DNA from: Schizochytrium sp. TIO01
Lineage: Eukaryota > Protista > Bigyra: Labyrinthulomycetes
Reading direction: 5' to 3'
Length of the DNA: 64,000 bases
Assembly (NCBI GenBank): GCA_004764695.1
Contig: SMSO01000034.1
Coordinates: 558,001 to 622,000 of the forward strand
Made by a program: the position numbers and the translations under genes. Below are positions 60,001 through 64,000 of this stretch, one piece after another. Each line of letters opens with the position of its first letter. Position 1 is the first letter of the stretch. The notes below the pieces were generated by a model. That model searched no databases and was not told the DNA's origin. It saw only the letters and a program-made list of their open reading frames with translations.

Positions 60001-62957
60001 GTTATTTCTCATTAGATTATGGCTTGAGAATCCGTCCTCGTCGACGCGTATGACTCCGTGAGGCATGACGGGCTGGCTGACAAGTTTTAATTCTTCAGGT
60101 TGCAAATAATCGCTTAGCTGACTTACTGACTGACTGTTGATTAACTGACAGTATCTTATCTTCGTGGATAGCAGCGGGTTCGCCCGTGTAAATGTCCATC
60201 TTGCAGTAGTGAGTCCCATTTTAGAGACTTACTTACATCTAAAGTGAAGTTATCTGATTTTGATCAAGATGATCTTTTAGTTTTGATAAACTCATCAGAA
60301 CTTCAGAGATTGCTGCCAGAGATGAAAAAAGGAGAACAAGAAAAACAATAAGAAACAGCAGCTATGCCTTCATTATGCGTGGCAGTAGTGCCTCTAGTAC
60401 CTATTGCGCGGCAGTAGAGAGCGAGCCCACTTTTTCACTTTTTTACTCTCATTCCACTTGAGACAAAACGGAGATATTTTAACAGTATTTTCAATCACCA
60501 GATTGTATCGTACCGTCAGCAAACGCATTACGCAGTTCAAGCAGCAAAGCAATGTCTTCAAAGAGGCAATTTTAGCAGCAGCTGAAGACCTTTGTCGACG
60601 AGCTTATCGAGTGCTGGGGAGTCCGTCTGTCTATCTACACGTGTGTCTACAAGTTGCATTTCAGTCATCTATTCTTCTGAGAAAATTAAGAATTAAAAAA
60701 AGTCATTTTGTAATCTACCTACTGCTATCCTACAACAAGTTGAACTTATGCCTTCTAACTCAAATAGACAACAAGCTTTATTGTCGTCATTCACGTGATG
60801 GGATCTGGTTGCTGCGGTTTGCGATGTGAGTGGCGAAGGAGGCCCATACCAAGTCGCGGCAGGGCTTAAATCTGAAAACTGGCCCTGTCCGTATTTATGA
60901 TGCAGCTCTCTGCAATTTCCCATGATGATGACTAAAGAATGAAGAAGCAATTGAAATGTTTTTATTTGTTTGTTTTTTATGCTCTCTCTTTTCATTAGAG
61001 TTGGGCTTTTTAGATTCCGATAAAAGAAAACTGAAAAGAGGGGAAATAAGCTTCATGTTCTAGTACTTCCATAACTTTATTTTTTGTTCTTATTGCCGCT
61101 ACTTTATTCACATTCTCTAAGAGAAACCTCAGGGATTTTCTCCCTCGGCATTGCGTAGGTAGGTACTTTATTCGCCTACCTTCCTAGTGAACGACTTGAG
61201 AACGTAAGAACCTACTTCGAACTTCTCCTAAAAACCATCATTTATAGGTGCCGTGATAACCTTAGCTATGCCCTATATATTGTAATATTTAAACTACTTT
61301 TTACTTTTAGTACTTTAAAAAAATAAAAATAAAAAATTCATCTAAGTTCACAGCCGAATTGCATTGCACTAGTACTTCTTTACCAAGTCGAGTGGGAAAA
61401 CATAGTTTTTGCAAGACTTGGCCCGATGCAATGCACGTCTTTGCATAATCGTGGGCGCGTTGAACTGCCCAAGAGCTGCTGCAACGCTGGAATGTGTACT
61501 ATTTATTTTCTAAACTAGAGTATGGACCCAAGAATACCTCACCCCCTGTTCTGGAGCTTTCCCTGTCCTCGTCATGAACGTAAGTTGGAAAGCATTCGAC
61601 GAATAAATGAATACGCCTTTGGCAGCCAGAAACAGGAAGTGAATCAGAGAAGCCTCAGCTTTGCAGGAAACGGCGCTGGATTTGGAAAGACCACCGCCCT
61701 TTAAGTTACCCAAGGCGGCACGTGAGAACTACTTCGCGCCCAGCACTTCCAGTCTAGACCACGACGAGGCCTGCTACAAATACGCACTCACCTGAGGTTC
61801 TCTTCTTTTGCTGAGCTTTTCACGGGTATCTTTCGGAACCGTGGCTGCCTGATGTTATCATCCGCCGAAAGCCAAGCAAGTCTTGCAAGGCGCTTGCATC
61901 CATCCATAGCGCGAAGATCGACAACGTCTAAACTCAACACCAAGTGGTGGTGGCTTCTCACATCTCTGTGCACGTGACGATTTTTGGTAGGCGCTTTTTA
62001 GTAATGTTTTATTTTTTTAAAGAAGAAGAAGAAGAAGAAGAAGAAGAAGAAGAATACTCTAGCTGGTAATAACTTTCTTCAGAGCTGTATTGCGCTCTTT
62101 TCTACCGCTTTCCTTCCTCCTATTCCTTTCAAGTTCTTTCTCTTTCTTATGAGTTGTTTTTCGTTTATTTATTTTTTAATGAAAGTAATTTAATGAAAGT
62201 AAGCGTCGACTCATCACACTGAAAGTGAGCGACGTGAGTCCTACAGTATGGGCTGATAGGTTGATAGCTCTGACGGAGCTCGCGTTGTGAGAAACCCTTC
62301 TAGGAACCTGCTAGCGTAGTGGTAGTGTCAGGAGGTAAGGAGTTCCTCAAAAAAAGAAAGAATGAAAACTGAGAGAGTGAAAGAGAAGAGTGACTCAGAA
62401 GAATAGAGATTACAATTCTTGCACACATACAAGTTGGGTAGGATAGGGGAGGCTTCCTTGTAAACAAAGAAGCTCAATACATGAGAAGTAAAAATGTATT
62501 TCTTTCTTTTCCTTTCCCTCTTCTTATTATTGCTTTCTTTCCCCTTTTAGGCGGGAAAAAATTTCTTTATTCGTTTATTTAGTTTGTTTGTGTGCTTGAA
62601 CATTAAATCATTTTCTTAACAAGCGTGCAAGAGCACTCCGTAGAGCAGCAAAACTGCATTCTCCGGTCACCACGCCAACCCAAACTGTAGTCGAGACGCA
62701 ACGTCTGCAGATCAAGCAGAACCTTAGAAGCTCTGCCTCCACACGTGGCAGCCCCCTTCCCGTTGGCATTCTGGGTTGCAAAGCAGCTGAGCTGTTGCAG
62801 TCTTGAGCAGGTAGAAGTACTACACGACCTCTCCAGGTACCGCTTCTGCTTCGTGAGACTTACTCCACGTCGCCATCGTTACTTCAGAGGTCCGTAAATA
62901 AGACATTGGTCGATCGCCGCCAAACTTTTGTAGACAAAAAAACAAACAGAAAGCACA

Positions 62958-64000
62958 ATGGGCTGCGTGTTGAGCAAAAACCCTGGTCGTGACCTAAGCG
63001 AGGTCGACGTTATCTTCTTCGATATGGATGACACCTTGTATCAGAACAACTGGGCAACTGCCGAGCGGCTCAAAGAATCCATTGAGCGTTACACTGTGGA
63101 TGACCTTGGCCTTGATGAAGGCTATGCGTTCCAGTTGTACCTCGAGCATGGCACTGCTCTTCGCGGCCTGCTCAAGATGAACCTCTTGCCCGAAGATCAA
63201 ATCGAGCACTTCTTGCAGAAGATCCACGATGTCTCCCTTGAGGAAATTGAGCCCAACCCAGCCCTCGCCAAGATGCTCAAAGAGCTCTCTGAGCACAAAC
63301 GCATCTGGATCTTCACTGCCTCAATCAAGGAGCATGCCCAGCGCTGCCTCGCCAAGCTCGGAATACCTGAGAGCATCTTTGAGGGAATTATTGACTCTCG
63401 CAGTGTTGGTCTCGTCACAAAGCACTCCCCAATGGCCTTTGTCCAGGCCATGGAAATCGCCAACGTTACTGAAGGCCACAACTGCATGTTCTTCGATGAT
63501 TCTGTCAAGAATATCAAGACTGCTAAGCAGATGGGTTGGCACACTTGCACAGTCGGTCGCGAGCGTGGCACTGGTGAGCCACTCAACTGCCCTGACGCTG
63601 ATTTCGCAGTAGACTCTGTCATGGAGCTCCCTGAGAAGATCCCGGATCTTTTCCTTGGTGAACGTCACAACAACTCTGTGATTGCCGTGCAGGACGCCAC
63701 TACTGGAGATGCCTCGGACCCATACTCTGCCAAGGTTGTCGAGGACGAGTCTGATGATGAGTCTGATGACGGCAAGCACGAGGAAGTTGAGCCAGAGGAC
63801 AGCGATGTGGACATCGACGATGTTCTGATGGAGGACGAGGTCGAGGATGAGGTCCCGGAGGCCCAGCCTCGCCACGCCATTTTCATTCTTGGTGGCCCTG
63901 GTTCCGGCAAGGGTACGCAGTCTCAAAAGCTTCAGAAGAAGAAGAAGGGTGATGTTGTGCATCTGAGTGCTGGCGACCTTCTTCGTGCGGAGCTCCAGAA
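62958..64000 (+). CDS. Fusion of HAD pyrimidine 5'-nucleotidase (SDT1/PHM8-type) and UMP-CMP/adenylate kinase; N-terminal MGC acylation motif; 3'-truncated by the window end
   Basis: Manual translation gives 347 codons with no stop: MGCVLSK...IFFDMDDTLY (motif I, 63021), WIFTAS (II), TKHSP (III), MFFDDSVKNI (IV, 63489), an acidic linker, then IFILGGPGSGKGTQ (P-loop, 63891) and HLSAGDLLRAE (63960). Strong codon bias. Absent from the ORF track because it has no stop in the window. Confidence 0.95.
   Translation, partial: MGCVLSKNPGRDLSEVDVIFFDMDDTLYQNNWATAERLKESIERYTVDDLGLDEGYAFQLYLEHGTALRGLLKMNLLPEDQIEHFLQKIHDVSLEEIEPNPALAKMLKELSEHKRIWIFTASIKEHAQRCLAKLGIPESIFEGIIDSRSVGLVTKHSPMAFVQAMEIANVTEGHNCMFFDDSVKNIKTAKQMGWHTCTVGRERGTGEPLNCPDADFAVDSVMELPEKIPDLFLGERHNNSVIAVQDATTGDASDPYSAKVVEDESDDESDDGKHEEVEPEDSDVDIDDVLMEDEVEDEVPEAQPRHAIFILGGPGSGKGTQSQKLQKKKKGDVVHLSAGDLLRAELQ

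Noticed and set aside
59596-60219. 207-aa minus-strand ORF
   Set aside because: Crosses low-complexity tracts (CAGT repeats, A-runs), with no domain and no codon bias.
62994-63962. Several minus-strand ORFs (100-213 aa) and a 127-aa alternate-frame + ORF
   Set aside because: Shadows of the codon-biased nucleotidase-kinase CDS, which carries all the recognisable motifs.

Overview
Eukaryotic nuclear DNA with intron-poor genes and dense tetra-, penta- and decanucleotide microsatellites. The style suggests a stramenopile protist such as a thraustochytrid; this is an inference, not verified. The first ~36.5 kb has no recognisable gene. It is a gene desert of simple-repeat arrays, short tandem duplications, A/T tracts and a few decayed coding-like patches. 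The remainder holds eight single-exon-looking genes: a divergent non-RD AGC-like Ser/Thr kinase (+); a crotonase-family enoyl-CoA isomerase/hydratase with a PTS1-like end (-); two tandem GH20 beta-N-acetylhexosaminidases (+), one membrane-anchored with a mucin-like stalk and one secreted; a transmembrane S1 serine protease (+); a small codon-biased hydrophilic orphan (+); a probable GPI-anchored M11/M6-like metzincin whose zinc motif is destroyed (+); and an N-acylated fusion of an SDT1-type HAD pyrimidine 5'-nucleotidase with a UMP-CMP kinase (+). The fusion is missing from the ORF track because it runs off the window end, and it is the best candidate for a novel system. No tRNA, rRNA, CRISPR array or intact transposon was recognised.
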